From the NCBI GenBank assembly GCA_963727455.1, contig CAVSGG010000003.1, positions 164,160-228,159 on the forward strand: a stretch of 64,000 nt of DNA, given 5' to 3'. The stretch is from Candidatus Krumholzibacteriota bacterium. GTDB taxonomy: Bacteria > Krumholzibacteriota > Krumholzibacteriia > JAJRXK01. The notes under the pieces are model-generated. The model worked only from the letters and a program-made list of their open reading frames with translations, was not told the origin of the DNA and did no database searches. How positions within the stretch are numbered: position 1 is the first letter of the stretch; each line of letters begins with the position of its first letter. Shown here in pieces: positions 55,558 to 64,000 of this stretch. A program made the translations under genes and the position numbers.

Positions 55558-57255
55558 TTGAAGTCCATGATCGGCGCTGCACTGCTCCTGGCTCTCGGCG
55601 TGTGCGCGGTGCTGGGCCCCACCACCACGGCCCGCGCCCGCGCGGCGGAAGTCGGGGATCAGCCTGCCATGTCCGCGCCAGCCCCCGACGACACGGTCAT
55701 GACGGCCGAGGCCACCGCGACCGTACTGGAACAACCCGACTCCACTCTGGCCATGGCGGTTCGTCAATTGCCGGGAGAACCTCTGCGCCTGGCCGAGGCT
55801 GTCGGCGAGGCCCTGCAGGGCGACACAGCGGTTCGTCTGGCCCGCGCGGAACTCATGGCCGCCAAGGGTACGGAGCGGCGCGAGCGCGGCGCCTTTTCTC
55901 CCGAACTTTATGGTGAAGCCGAACACGTGGGAGACCACCAACCCTCGGCCTCTTTCTTCTCGGGTGCCGACGTTTTGGAGACCGACCTCACCCGGGCCGA
56001 ACTGGGAGCGCGGGTGCGCCTTCCTTTGGGGACCGAGTTATCTGCGTCTTTGAACACCACGCGCACCACCACGAATTCCGATTTCGCGACCATATCTCCG
56101 CAATACGACTCCTTCGGGCAGCTCCAGCTCACACAGCCTCTGCTCAAGGGCTTCGGTCCGGCGGCAAAAGGTGATCGCGACGCAGCCGCGGCGGATCGTC
56201 GCGGTGCCAGGGCGAGTTACGCCGATGCGCGCCTCGCCACGCAAGCCGCAGTGGAGACCACCTACTGGGCGCTCTACGCGGCGGAGCTGGACTTTGCGGT
56301 GCAAACTCTGGTTCGCGATCGCGGAGCCAGTTTTCTGGATCAAGTGCGCCTGCGCACAAAGGCTGGATTGGCCGGTCCTGCGGAGGAAGCGAACGCGGAA
56401 GTCTTCCTGGCAAGTCAGGAACAGACCGTACTCGACAGCGAGGAGAACCTCGATGTCCTGTCCGACCGTCTCGCGGTGCTCATGGGACGGCGTCCCGGCC
56501 AGGGGGAGCGCTTTCACCCCGTGGATCGGCCCAGTTCCAAGATGCCCCAGATTGACGTGAACGAGCTGGTGAAACTGGTCATGGCGCGGAGCGAACAGGT
56601 GGCGGCGGCGCAGCGAGAGCTGGACGCAGCGCGGGCCCGGGCCAAGAGTGCGCACTGGAACTCACTACCCCAACTCGATCTGATCGGTACCCTCGGCGGA
56701 CGTGGACTGGCCGGAACCGGGCGGGACATCGAGTTGGATTTCGGGGGCGCGCCCACGACCTACTCCAACCCCCTGCGGACCGGGCTCGGTGATAGCTTCG
56801 ACCAAGTGCTCCACCGGGACTTCCCCTACTGGAGCCTGGGCATGGTCTTCAACCTTCCCATCGGCGGAGGCAGCGACGCCGGTGAGAGCGATCGCCTGCA
56901 TGCGGAAGTCACGCGAGCGGAACAGGATCTGGAGAGGATTCGCCGCAATTTGGACCAAAGCGTGCGCGCGCAATACCGCGAACTCGCGCGTGCCAACAGA
57001 CGCATCGGATTCGCGGTGCGGGGGGTCAACGCATCCCTGGAACAGGTCCGCATTGGCACTCTGCAATTCAAGAACGGGCGCACGACCGCCTTCGAGTTGG
57101 TGCGTTTGGCGGCCGATCTCGCCGACGCGCAACGACGCTACTCTCAAGCTCTCATTCGTTCGGCAAGCGCAGCGGCAACTCTGCGCCGCCTCACCGCCGG
57201 GGCGTACCCGGACCCCGGACCCGCTGGTGACATTCTGAAGGAGACCACTCCGTGA
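55558..57255 (+). CDS. TolC-family outer membrane efflux protein
   Basis: Signal peptide; LTQPLLKGFG, VETTYW.L, LPQLDL, FNLPIG, G..T.FE. Confidence 0.9.
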   Translation: MKSMIGAALLLALGVCAVLGPTTTARARAAEVGDQPAMSAPAPDDTVMTAEATATVLEQPDSTLAMAVRQLPGEPLRLAEAVGEALQGDTAVRLARAELMAAKGTERRERGAFSPELYGEAEHVGDHQPSASFFSGADVLETDLTRAELGARVRLPLGTELSASLNTTRTTTNSDFATISPQYDSFGQLQLTQPLLKGFGPAAKGDRDAAAADRRGARASYADARLATQAAVETTYWALYAAELDFAVQTLVRDRGASFLDQVRLRTKAGLAGPAEEANAEVFLASQEQTVLDSEENLDVLSDRLAVLMGRRPGQGERFHPVDRPSSKMPQIDVNELVKLVMARSEQVAAAQRELDAARARAKSAHWNSLPQLDLIGTLGGRGLAGTGRDIELDFGGAPTTYSNPLRTGLGDSFDQVLHRDFPYWSLGMVFNLPIGGGSDAGESDRLHAEVTRAEQDLERIRRNLDQSVRAQYRELARANRRIGFAVRGVNASLEQVRIGTLQFKNGRTTAFELVRLAADLADAQRRYSQALIRSASAAATLRRLTAGAYPDPGPAGDILKETTP

Positions 57256-58352
57256 AGAGTTTCTCTGACTCCATGAAGCAGCGACACGGCGCCATCCTGT
57301 CCATTTGGACCTGTGCCACGCTCGTGTTCTCTCTCGCACTGTTCTTGTCCGCGTGCGGAGGCAAGAAGAGCCAGGGCGGCTTCGGTGGTTTCGCCGTTCC
57401 AGTGGAAACTGCCACGGTGAAGCAAGGGCCGATCGAGGATCGCTTCACCATGGTGGGTTCCCTGGAGGCGAGCGAGTCCATTACCGTCGTCTCGGAGATC
57501 GACGGCACGGTGGACGCGCTTCCCTTCAAGGAAGGACAGAAGGTCGCCGCCGGCGCGCTGCTCGTTCGCCTCGACGACGAGGAATTGTCCGCGGAGGTAG
57601 CGCGGGCCGAAGCCGTCTGCGCCCAGGAAGAGGCCACCTACGAGCGCACTCGCAACGTGGTGAATCAGGGCGCCGGTGCGCCCCAGGACCTCGATGACGC
57701 CGCCGCGAACCTCAAAGTGGCCAAGGCCGAACTCAAGCTCGCGCGCGCCCGCTTGGACAAGACCAAAATCACGGCGAGATTTCCCGGTATCACCGGGACA
57801 CGTCGCGTCAGCGTCGGTGCCTTCGTGCGAGCCGGGTCCGCAATCACCGCGCTCACACGCATCGACGAGCTGCGAGCAAACTTCACCGTACCCGAGCGAC
57901 TTTTGCCGCAGCTGCACCGTGGATCAACCGTCACCGTGACCACCAATGCATATCCCGAGCGGCCTCTGCGCGGAGTGATCGACATCATCGATCCGGTCCT
58001 CGATCCCGATACGCGCAGCGCTCGCATCGTGGCCTTGGTCAAGAATCCCGATGGACTGCTCCGGCCCGGAATGTCGGCGGACGTAGCGGTAGTACTTCAC
58101 GCGCGCGAAAACGCCATCACCATCCCCAGCGAAGCGGTGGTGCTACAGAGCGGCCAGAATATGGTCTACGTGGTCCAACCCGACAGCACCGTAGCACCTC
58201 GCCCGGTGACTCTGGGACTCCGTCAGGAGACCACCGTGGAAATCGTGGAGGGTCTCAAACCGGGAGAGCGCGTCGTAAAGGCCGGGCACCAGAAACTGTA
58301 TCCCGGAGCCAAGGTATCGCCCATCGAGGAGAAAACCAGTGAAGCTGAGTGA
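57252..58352 (+). CDS. RND efflux periplasmic adaptor (MFP)
   Basis: Lipobox LSAC; EGQKVAAGALLVRLD, ITARFPG, LLRPGM, GLKPGERVV. Confidence 0.93.
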   Translation: MKSFSDSMKQRHGAILSIWTCATLVFSLALFLSACGGKKSQGGFGGFAVPVETATVKQGPIEDRFTMVGSLEASESITVVSEIDGTVDALPFKEGQKVAAGALLVRLDDEELSAEVARAEAVCAQEEATYERTRNVVNQGAGAPQDLDDAAANLKVAKAELKLARARLDKTKITARFPGITGTRRVSVGAFVRAGSAITALTRIDELRANFTVPERLLPQLHRGSTVTVTTNAYPERPLRGVIDIIDPVLDPDTRSARIVALVKNPDGLLRPGMSADVAVVLHARENAITIPSEAVVLQSGQNMVYVVQPDSTVAPRPVTLGLRQETTVEIVEGLKPGERVVKAGHQKLYPGAKVSPIEEKTSEAE

Positions 58353-61300
58353 AGCTAGCATCCAGCGACCGGTTTTCTCCACCGTGATGAGTCTGGCGCT
58401 GATTCTGCTCGGAATCATCGGCTTCACCCGCTTGCCGGTGCGTGAGTATCCCGATGTCGACCCCCCGGTCGTGTCCGTCTCCACTTTCTATCGCGGGGCC
58501 AGTCCCAGCGTGGTCGAGACGGAGATCACCGACGTGCTCGAGGAGCAGTTCTCGACCATCGAGGGCGTGAAGTCCATCACCAGCTCCAGCCAGGAGCAGG
58601 GTTCGATCATCACCATCGAATTCGAACTGAACCGAAAAGTGGACGTCGCGGCCAATGACGTGCGCGACCGGGTCTCGCGCGTCCGCGGAGAGCTGCCGCG
58701 CGAGGCGGACGATCCCGTGGTGGCCAAGGTCGACGTGAATGCGCAGCCCATCGTGTGGCTCGCCTTCAGCAGCCCCACGCACTCGACTCTCGAGCTCTCG
58801 GATATCGCCGACCGCATTCTCAAGGAGCGACTGCAGCGTCTCAGCGGAGTCGGTTCGGTGTTCATCGGGGGTGAACGCCGCTACTCCATGCGCGTCTGGC
58901 TCGATCCTCAGGCCATGGCCGCGCGCGGTCTGACGGTGCAAGACGTGGAAAACGCAATCCGCCGCGAAAACGCCGAAATCCCGGGCGGGCGCGTCGAGGG
59001 TAGCGAGCGGGAATTCGCCGTGCGCACCAGAGGTGAGCTACAGGAACCCGAGCAGTTCGCGGCCATCGTCATCTCGCAGCGGGGGAACGATACGGTTCGC
59101 CTGCAGGACGTCGCAAAGGTCGAGGTCGGACCCGAAGACGATCGCACCATCACCCGTTTCAATGGGGACCCCGCCATTGGACTCGGCATCGTCAAGCAAA
59201 AGGACGCAAGCACCGTGGCGGTGGCGGAAGTCGTGCGCAAGGAGTTGCCCGCCCTGCGCAAACTGGCTCCGCACGACACCAAGATCGAAGTCGCCTACGA
59301 CTCCTCCCGTTTCATCAAGGACTCTATCAACGAAGTTGCCAAGACTCTCTTGCTCGCGACCGGCCTAGTGGTGTTGGTCGTTCTGGTCTTCTTGAAGAGT
59401 TTCCGAGCCACGGTCATCCCCATCGTCGCGATTCCCATCGCCATCATCGGCTCCTTCACCATCGCGTTCGCCTTCGGATTCAGCGTGAACATCATCACGC
59501 TCTTGGCTCTGGTCTTAGCCATCGGGCTTGTAGTCGACGACGCCATCGTTGTGCTCGAGAATATCTTCCGGCACCTCGAAATGGGGAAGAGCCGCCTGAT
59601 CGCGGCGCGCGACGGAGTCAATGAAATCGCCTTTGCGGTCGTGGCCACTACGGTATCGCTCGTGGCGGTCTTCATTCCCGTGGCCTTTCTCACCGGCACG
59701 GTGGGTCGACTTTTCCGCGAGTTCGGCATCATGCTGGCGGTCGCCGTTTTGATCAGCGCCTTCGTGGCCCTCACTCTCACCCCGACACTCTGCTCCTTGA
59801 TCCTGAGCCGGAGAGATGAAACCAAGAAGCTGAGCTGGGCGGAGCGTTCCTTCGAGGCGTTTTTCAAAGGCCTCGATCGGGCTTACGATGCCACGCTGCG
59901 TTTTTCCCTGAAGCACCGGGCGGGGCTTCTCGTTGCCACCGTGCTGATCGTGGCGGCAACGGCCTGGATCTACCGGCAACTTCCGCGCGAACTCGTGCCG
60001 GTGGAGGACCGCGGAACCGCCTTCGGCGTGGTTCTGGCCCCCGAGGGCGCCACCCTCGACTACACCAATCGCTATCAGAGGCAGATCGAGGACGTCCTTC
60101 TGAAGCTCCCTGAGCGTCAGGGGCTTTTCAGCGCGATCGGGTTGGGCTTCAGTGGCCCAGGTCGCGTGACCAACGGTTTCATCTTCCTCAACTTGAAGCC
60201 GCGCAACGAGCGCAGGCGCTCACAGCAGGAGATCGTTGCCTCCCTCTTCCCGCGTCTCATGGCAATTCCGGGAGTTCTGGCCTTCGTCATCAATCCGCCC
60301 AGCCTGGGAGGTCGCTTCAGCAGCAGCGCCATCGAATACGTACTCGAGGCGGACAGCTACGAGGAGTTGGCCAAGGCGGTACCCATCATGATGAACAAGG
60401 CCAATCAACTGGGCTACCTGCTGAACCTCGACAGCGATCTGCGCCTGAACAAGCCCCAGCTCGATGTCGACATCGACCGCGATCGGGCCTCCGCCTTGGG
60501 CGTGTCCGTCACCGATATCGGGAGCACCCTGGAGACCTTCCTGGGTGGCCGGGTGGTGGGTGAATTCAAGCGTGGCAGCAAGAAGTACGATGTCATCGCG
60601 CAACTCAGACCTTCGGGGCGAGCCACCCCCGACATCATCCGCGAGCTCTACATGCGGGCGGAGAGCGGCAAGTTGGTCCAACTGACCAATCTCGTGCACG
60701 TCAAGGAGACTGCCGCACCGAAAGAACTAAATCACTACAACCGCGTGAGATCGGCCACCATCACCGCAAACCTCGCACCGGGCGCTGACCTGGGCCAAGC
60801 GCTGGACGACCTGGACACGATCGCCCGCAATGATCTTCCGGCCGGCATTCAGCGCGAGCTCGCCGGTCAGTCGCGCGAGTACCGCGAATCCAGTGGCACC
60901 CTGGTCTTCATGTTCCTCTTGGCCATCATCTTCATCTATCTGGTTTTGGCCGCGCAGTTCGAGAGCTTCACCCACCCCCTGGTGATTCTACTCTCAGTCC
61001 CCCTGGCGGTAGTGGGAGCCATCGTCTCGCTGTTCCTCTTCGGGCAGAGTATGAACATCTACTCGCAAATCGGTCTGGTGATGCTCATTGGTCTGGTGAC
61101 CAAGAACGCGATTCTCATCGTGGAATTCAGCAACCAGCTGCGCACCCGGGGCCGGAGCATCATGGATGCGGTGCAGGAGGCCTCGCGCATCCGCCTGCGG
61201 CCCATTTTGATGACCTCGTTCTCCACCGTATTCGGCATTCTCCCCATCGCGATCGGTCTGGGCGCGGGAGCGGAGTCACGCCGTCCCTTGGGGATCGCCA

Positions 61301-61449
61301 TCGTGGGGGGCGTACTGTTCTCGACCTTCCTCACGTTGCTGCTGGTGCCGGTGGTCTATACTCTTCTTGCAAGGTTTACCCCTGCTCAGCAGGTTCGGCA
61401 GTTCAAGGACGAGCCCGCCGGGGAGGCCTTGCAAGAGTCTACAGTCTGA
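58339..61449 (+). CDS. RND efflux permease (AcrB/AcrD/AcrF family)
   Basis: LPVREYP, GLVVDDAIVVLEN, TKNAILIVEF, RLRPILMT. Confidence 0.96.
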   Translation: MKLSEASIQRPVFSTVMSLALILLGIIGFTRLPVREYPDVDPPVVSVSTFYRGASPSVVETEITDVLEEQFSTIEGVKSITSSSQEQGSIITIEFELNRKVDVAANDVRDRVSRVRGELPREADDPVVAKVDVNAQPIVWLAFSSPTHSTLELSDIADRILKERLQRLSGVGSVFIGGERRYSMRVWLDPQAMAARGLTVQDVENAIRRENAEIPGGRVEGSEREFAVRTRGELQEPEQFAAIVISQRGNDTVRLQDVAKVEVGPEDDRTITRFNGDPAIGLGIVKQKDASTVAVAEVVRKELPALRKLAPHDTKIEVAYDSSRFIKDSINEVAKTLLLATGLVVLVVLVFLKSFRATVIPIVAIPIAIIGSFTIAFAFGFSVNIITLLALVLAIGLVVDDAIVVLENIFRHLEMGKSRLIAARDGVNEIAFAVVATTVSLVAVFIPVAFLTGTVGRLFREFGIMLAVAVLISAFVALTLTPTLCSLILSRRDETKKLSWAERSFEAFFKGLDRAYDATLRFSLKHRAGLLVATVLIVAATAWIYRQLPRELVPVEDRGTAFGVVLAPEGATLDYTNRYQRQIEDVLLKLPERQGLFSAIGLGFSGPGRVTNGFIFLNLKPRNERRRSQQEIVASLFPRLMAIPGVLAFVINPPSLGGRFSSSAIEYVLEADSYEELAKAVPIMMNKANQLGYLLNLDSDLRLNKPQLDVDIDRDRASALGVSVTDIGSTLETFLGGRVVGEFKRGSKKYDVIAQLRPSGRATPDIIRELYMRAESGKLVQLTNLVHVKETAAPKELNHYNRVRSATITANLAPGADLGQALDDLDTIARNDLPAGIQRELAGQSREYRESSGTLVFMFLLAIIFIYLVLAAQFESFTHPLVILLSVPLAVVGAIVSLFLFGQSMNIYSQIGLVMLIGLVTKNAILIVEFSNQLRTRGRSIMDAVQEASRIRLRPILMTSFSTVFGILPIAIGLGAGAESRRPLGIAIVGGVLFSTFLTLLLVPVVYTLLARFTPAQQVRQFKDEPAGEALQESTV

Positions 61450-61459
61450 GGCGAAGGTC

Positions 61460-61903
61460 ATGAAAGCATCGCGCTCAGCGCTTCGCGCGGCTTGCTCTTT
61501 TGCGGGTGTTCTCTTGTTCGCGCTCTTCAGCGGATGCACCGTGGTGGGCTTTACCGCCGGCGCGGTCTCTGACGGACGCGACTACGTGTATGAAACCGTC
61601 GAGCCAGATTCGCTGCAGAGTTTGAAGACCGGGGACCGCGTGAAAATCCGCCCCCGCGGGCGCGAACTCTTCCGCTGGAGCATCGTCTTCGAGCGCTATG
61701 ATCCTGCCACCGAGACGCTCTATCTGCACGAGGGAGAGAGGCAGCTTCAGTTTCACCGGAACGAGGTCCTGGAACTTTCCAAACGCGTGCCCAAGACACA
61801 CGCCACGCACTACAAGTGGTTGGGCCTGGGATTCGGCCTGGCGGTGGACACGGCTCTTCTCGTCGCCATCACCAGCAGCGGCGGCCTTCTACCAACCTAC
61901 TGA
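61460..61903 (+). CDS. Hypothetical lipoprotein with C-terminal hydrophobic anchor
   Basis: Lipobox-like FSGC; C-terminal WLGLGFGLAVDTALLVAI; 10 nt after the RND stop. Confidence 0.6.
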   Translation: MKASRSALRAACSFAGVLLFALFSGCTVVGFTAGAVSDGRDYVYETVEPDSLQSLKTGDRVKIRPRGRELFRWSIVFERYDPATETLYLHEGERQLQFHRNEVLELSKRVPKTHATHYKWLGLGFGLAVDTALLVAITSSGGLLPTY

Positions 61904-61949
61904 CCAGCGCGATTCGAGCGGCAGCGATTGAAGGCGGACCACGCCTCGC

Positions 61950-62315
61950 TCACTTGACGGCCAAACTCTTGAGCTCGGCCAGATCGACGAATTCCAGCGC
62001 CGAGATGTGGGTGGCTTCGAGGTGAACGGGCGGGGCCACGCCGGCGCGCAGGGCCTGCTTCCAGCGTTGCACACAGAGGCACCAGCGGTCGCCCGGCTTG
62101 AGTCCCGGGAAGCCAAATTGCGGCATCGGGGTGATGAGGTCATTGCCGTGGATGAAACTGAAGTGCAAGAACTCCTCGGTCATGACAGCGCACACCAAAT
62201 GGAGTCCGTGGTCCTCGCCCCCGGTCTCGCAGCAACCGTTGCGGTAGAAGCCGGTCAGCGGATCGCGACCACATTCCTGCAATTCGGTCCCCAGTACGTT
62301 CATGGGACGGCTCAT
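61950..62315 (-). CDS. DUF2237 family protein
   Basis: NVLG..L..C..DPLTGFYRNGCC, GNDLITP, FPGLKPGDRWCLC. Confidence 0.9.
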   Translation of the reverse strand: MSRPMNVLGTELQECGRDPLTGFYRNGCCETGGEDHGLHLVCAVMTEEFLHFSFIHGNDLITPMPQFGFPGLKPGDRWCLCVQRWKQALRAGVAPPVHLEATHISALEFVDLAELKSLAVK

Positions 62316-62608
62316 ACGATCAAACTCTCCAACGAACTCTCGCCCTGGGCGTGGTTCTAGCTCACAAGGACACATCACACGAGGATTCCTGCGAGGATGT
62401 CTTCAAGATAGTGCAAATCTGCAGAAGCACATCCGGGACGGTTTCGCCGCGCCAATTACTGAAGTGTTCACTCTGAAAATCTCGATCTTCTTTCCGGGCC
62501 GCGCGCATCCTAGAGGGTGCAGCCCTCCCCCGCATTAGAGTATGCTCGAAGCTAGCGGCCTCAGCTGGTGAAGCGTCGCCACATCCCTTTTTCAGGAGCC
62601 GGTTCCCC

Positions 62609-64000
62609 GTGTTGAACAAGAAACTCGCTCACTACGAAATCGTCGATCTGTTGGGAAAGGGCGGAATGGGGGAAGTCTACCGCGCGCGCGACACCAAGCT
62701 CGAGCGCGAGGTGGCCCTGAAGATTCTCCCGGACGAACTCGCGAGCGATCCCGAACGGGCCGCGCGCTTCCAGCGCGAGGCGCGCGCACTGGCGAGCCTG
62801 CAACATCCCAACGTCGCTTCGATTTACGGATTCGAGGAAGTCGATGGCGTGCGCTTTCTGGTCATGGAGCTGGTGGAGGGAAGCGATCTCGCCCAGCGCC
62901 TGCGCCAGGGTGCCGTTCCCGAGGACGAGACGCTCGCCATCGCGCGTCAACTTGCCGCCGGACTGGAGGCCGCGCACGAGACGGGTCTGGTTCATCGCGA
63001 TCTCAAGCCGGCCAACATCATGCTGACACCAAGCGGTGAGGTGAAGATTCTCGACTTCGGTTTGGCGCGCGCCTGGTTCGGAGACGCCAACGACGAGCGC
63101 GACATCGCCCACTCGCCCACCATCACCGCCGCCATGACCCAGGCCGGCACCATTCTGGGAACCGCCGCCTACATGAGTCCCGAACAGGCGCGAGGCAAGA
63201 ACGTCGATCGCCGCGCGGACATCTGGGCCTTCGGGGTGATCCTGTGGGAGATGCTCACCGGCAAGCAGCTCTTCGAGGGCGAGACGGTGAGCGACACCCT
63301 GGCCGCGGTCCTGCGGGCTGAGCCGAATTGGGAAACTCTACCCACCGAGTCCGCCCCCGTCCTGTGTCATTTGATCGAGCGCTGTTTGCAGCGCGACCCC
63401 AAACGGCGCCTGCGCGACATCGGCGAAGCGCGCATTCTCCTCGAGGGAGGAGAGATAGGAAGTTCGATTTTGGGGCTTTCCGCGCTCGGGACGCCCGTCG
63501 ACACCTCGACCGTGGCAAGGAAAAGCTGGCCCCTGCCCGCGCTGGGTGTGATCGCACTGGTGTGTCTCGTGCTGGGTTCGGTTCTCGGCTGGAAAGTCTT
63601 GGCGAAGCCCCCTTCGCCCCAGCTGCTACACCTGATGATTCCGCCACCGGCAAACGCCGAGTACTACCTGGATGATCAAGCACCCGGTCCCGCGCGGCTC
63701 TCTCCCGACGGAACCATGGTCACCTTCACCGCACTCGACGAGCAGGGCACAACGGCTCTCTATCTGCGCTACCTCGACCAGCCCGACGCCGCCCGCCTCT
63801 CCGGTACGGAGGGGGCGGCCTATCCCTTCTGGTCCCCCGACAACCGCTACATCGGGTTCTTCAGCATGAAGGAGGGAAAGCTGCGCAAGATCGCGGTGCG
63901 CGGAGGCCCCCCCGTCACCCTGTGTCCCGCCAGCAACGGAAAGGGGGGCAGCTGGAACGAGGACGGCGTGATCATCTTCGCTCCCAGCCACGATGCCGTC
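62609..64000 (+). CDS. Ser/Thr protein kinase with TM and TolB/PD40-like beta-propeller; runs off the window end
   Basis: Not in the ORF track. Manual translation from GTG 62609 (AGGAG SD): LGKGGMGEVYRARD, VALK, HRDLKPAN, DFGLAR, GTAAYMSPEQ, DIWAFG; later LSPDG, PFWSPD, GGSW. Confidence 0.93.
   Translation, partial: MLNKKLAHYEIVDLLGKGGMGEVYRARDTKLEREVALKILPDELASDPERAARFQREARALASLQHPNVASIYGFEEVDGVRFLVMELVEGSDLAQRLRQGAVPEDETLAIARQLAAGLEAAHETGLVHRDLKPANIMLTPSGEVKILDFGLARAWFGDANDERDIAHSPTITAAMTQAGTILGTAAYMSPEQARGKNVDRRADIWAFGVILWEMLTGKQLFEGETVSDTLAAVLRAEPNWETLPTESAPVLCHLIERCLQRDPKRRLRDIGEARILLEGGEIGSSILGLSALGTPVDTSTVARKSWPLPALGVIALVCLVLGSVLGWKVLAKPPSPQLLHLMIPPPANAEYYLDDQAPGPARLSPDGTMVTFTALDEQGTTALYLRYLDQPDAARLSGTEGAAYPFWSPDNRYIGFFSMKEGKLRKIAVRGGPPVTLCPASNGKGGSWNEDGVIIFAPSHDAV

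Noticed and set aside
1-64000. CRISPR arrays, IS elements, integrases, rRNA or tRNA genes
   Set aside because: None recognised by eye; short or divergent ncRNAs cannot be excluded without Infernal/tRNAscan.

Overview
GC-rich bacterial chromosomal window with about 52 coding genes. I recognised no rRNA, tRNA, CRISPR array or transposase. A 'PNPFNP'/FlgD-Ig sorting domain and a kinase fused to a beta-propeller suggest an FCB-associated lineage such as Krumholzibacteriota, Eisenbacteria or Latescibacterota; this is inference only. Content in order: an Mre11/Rad50-like (YhaO/YhaN-type) pair, transport and surface proteins, an orphan methyltransferase plus a Nudix hydrolase, and an 11-subunit complex I operon (nuoABCDHIJKLMN, no nuoEFG in the window) whose nuoD carries three single-base insertions. 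Divergent from nuo is an ArsR-DUF2087/rlmH/[2Fe-2S] ferredoxin unit. Then come an OppA-type binding protein coupled to a hybrid histidine kinase and a lone receiver, RNA-modification genes (yhhQ, trmJ, SpoU, long trmB), a MORN-repeat/GT-C fusion, a small protein plus PA-domain metallopeptidase pair, an HDAC with an extra possibly GNAT-like domain, sppA-patatin, a TolC/MFP/RND pump and a Ser/Thr kinase. Best candidates for undescribed biology: (1) the transporter-less binding-protein/kinase sensor; (2) a very cationic secreted protein with sigma54 enhancer-IHF promoter architecture and a structured leader; (3) a possible trans-encoded propeptide for the metallopeptidase; (4) the HDAC fusion; (5) headless complex I next to a NuoE-like ferredoxin.
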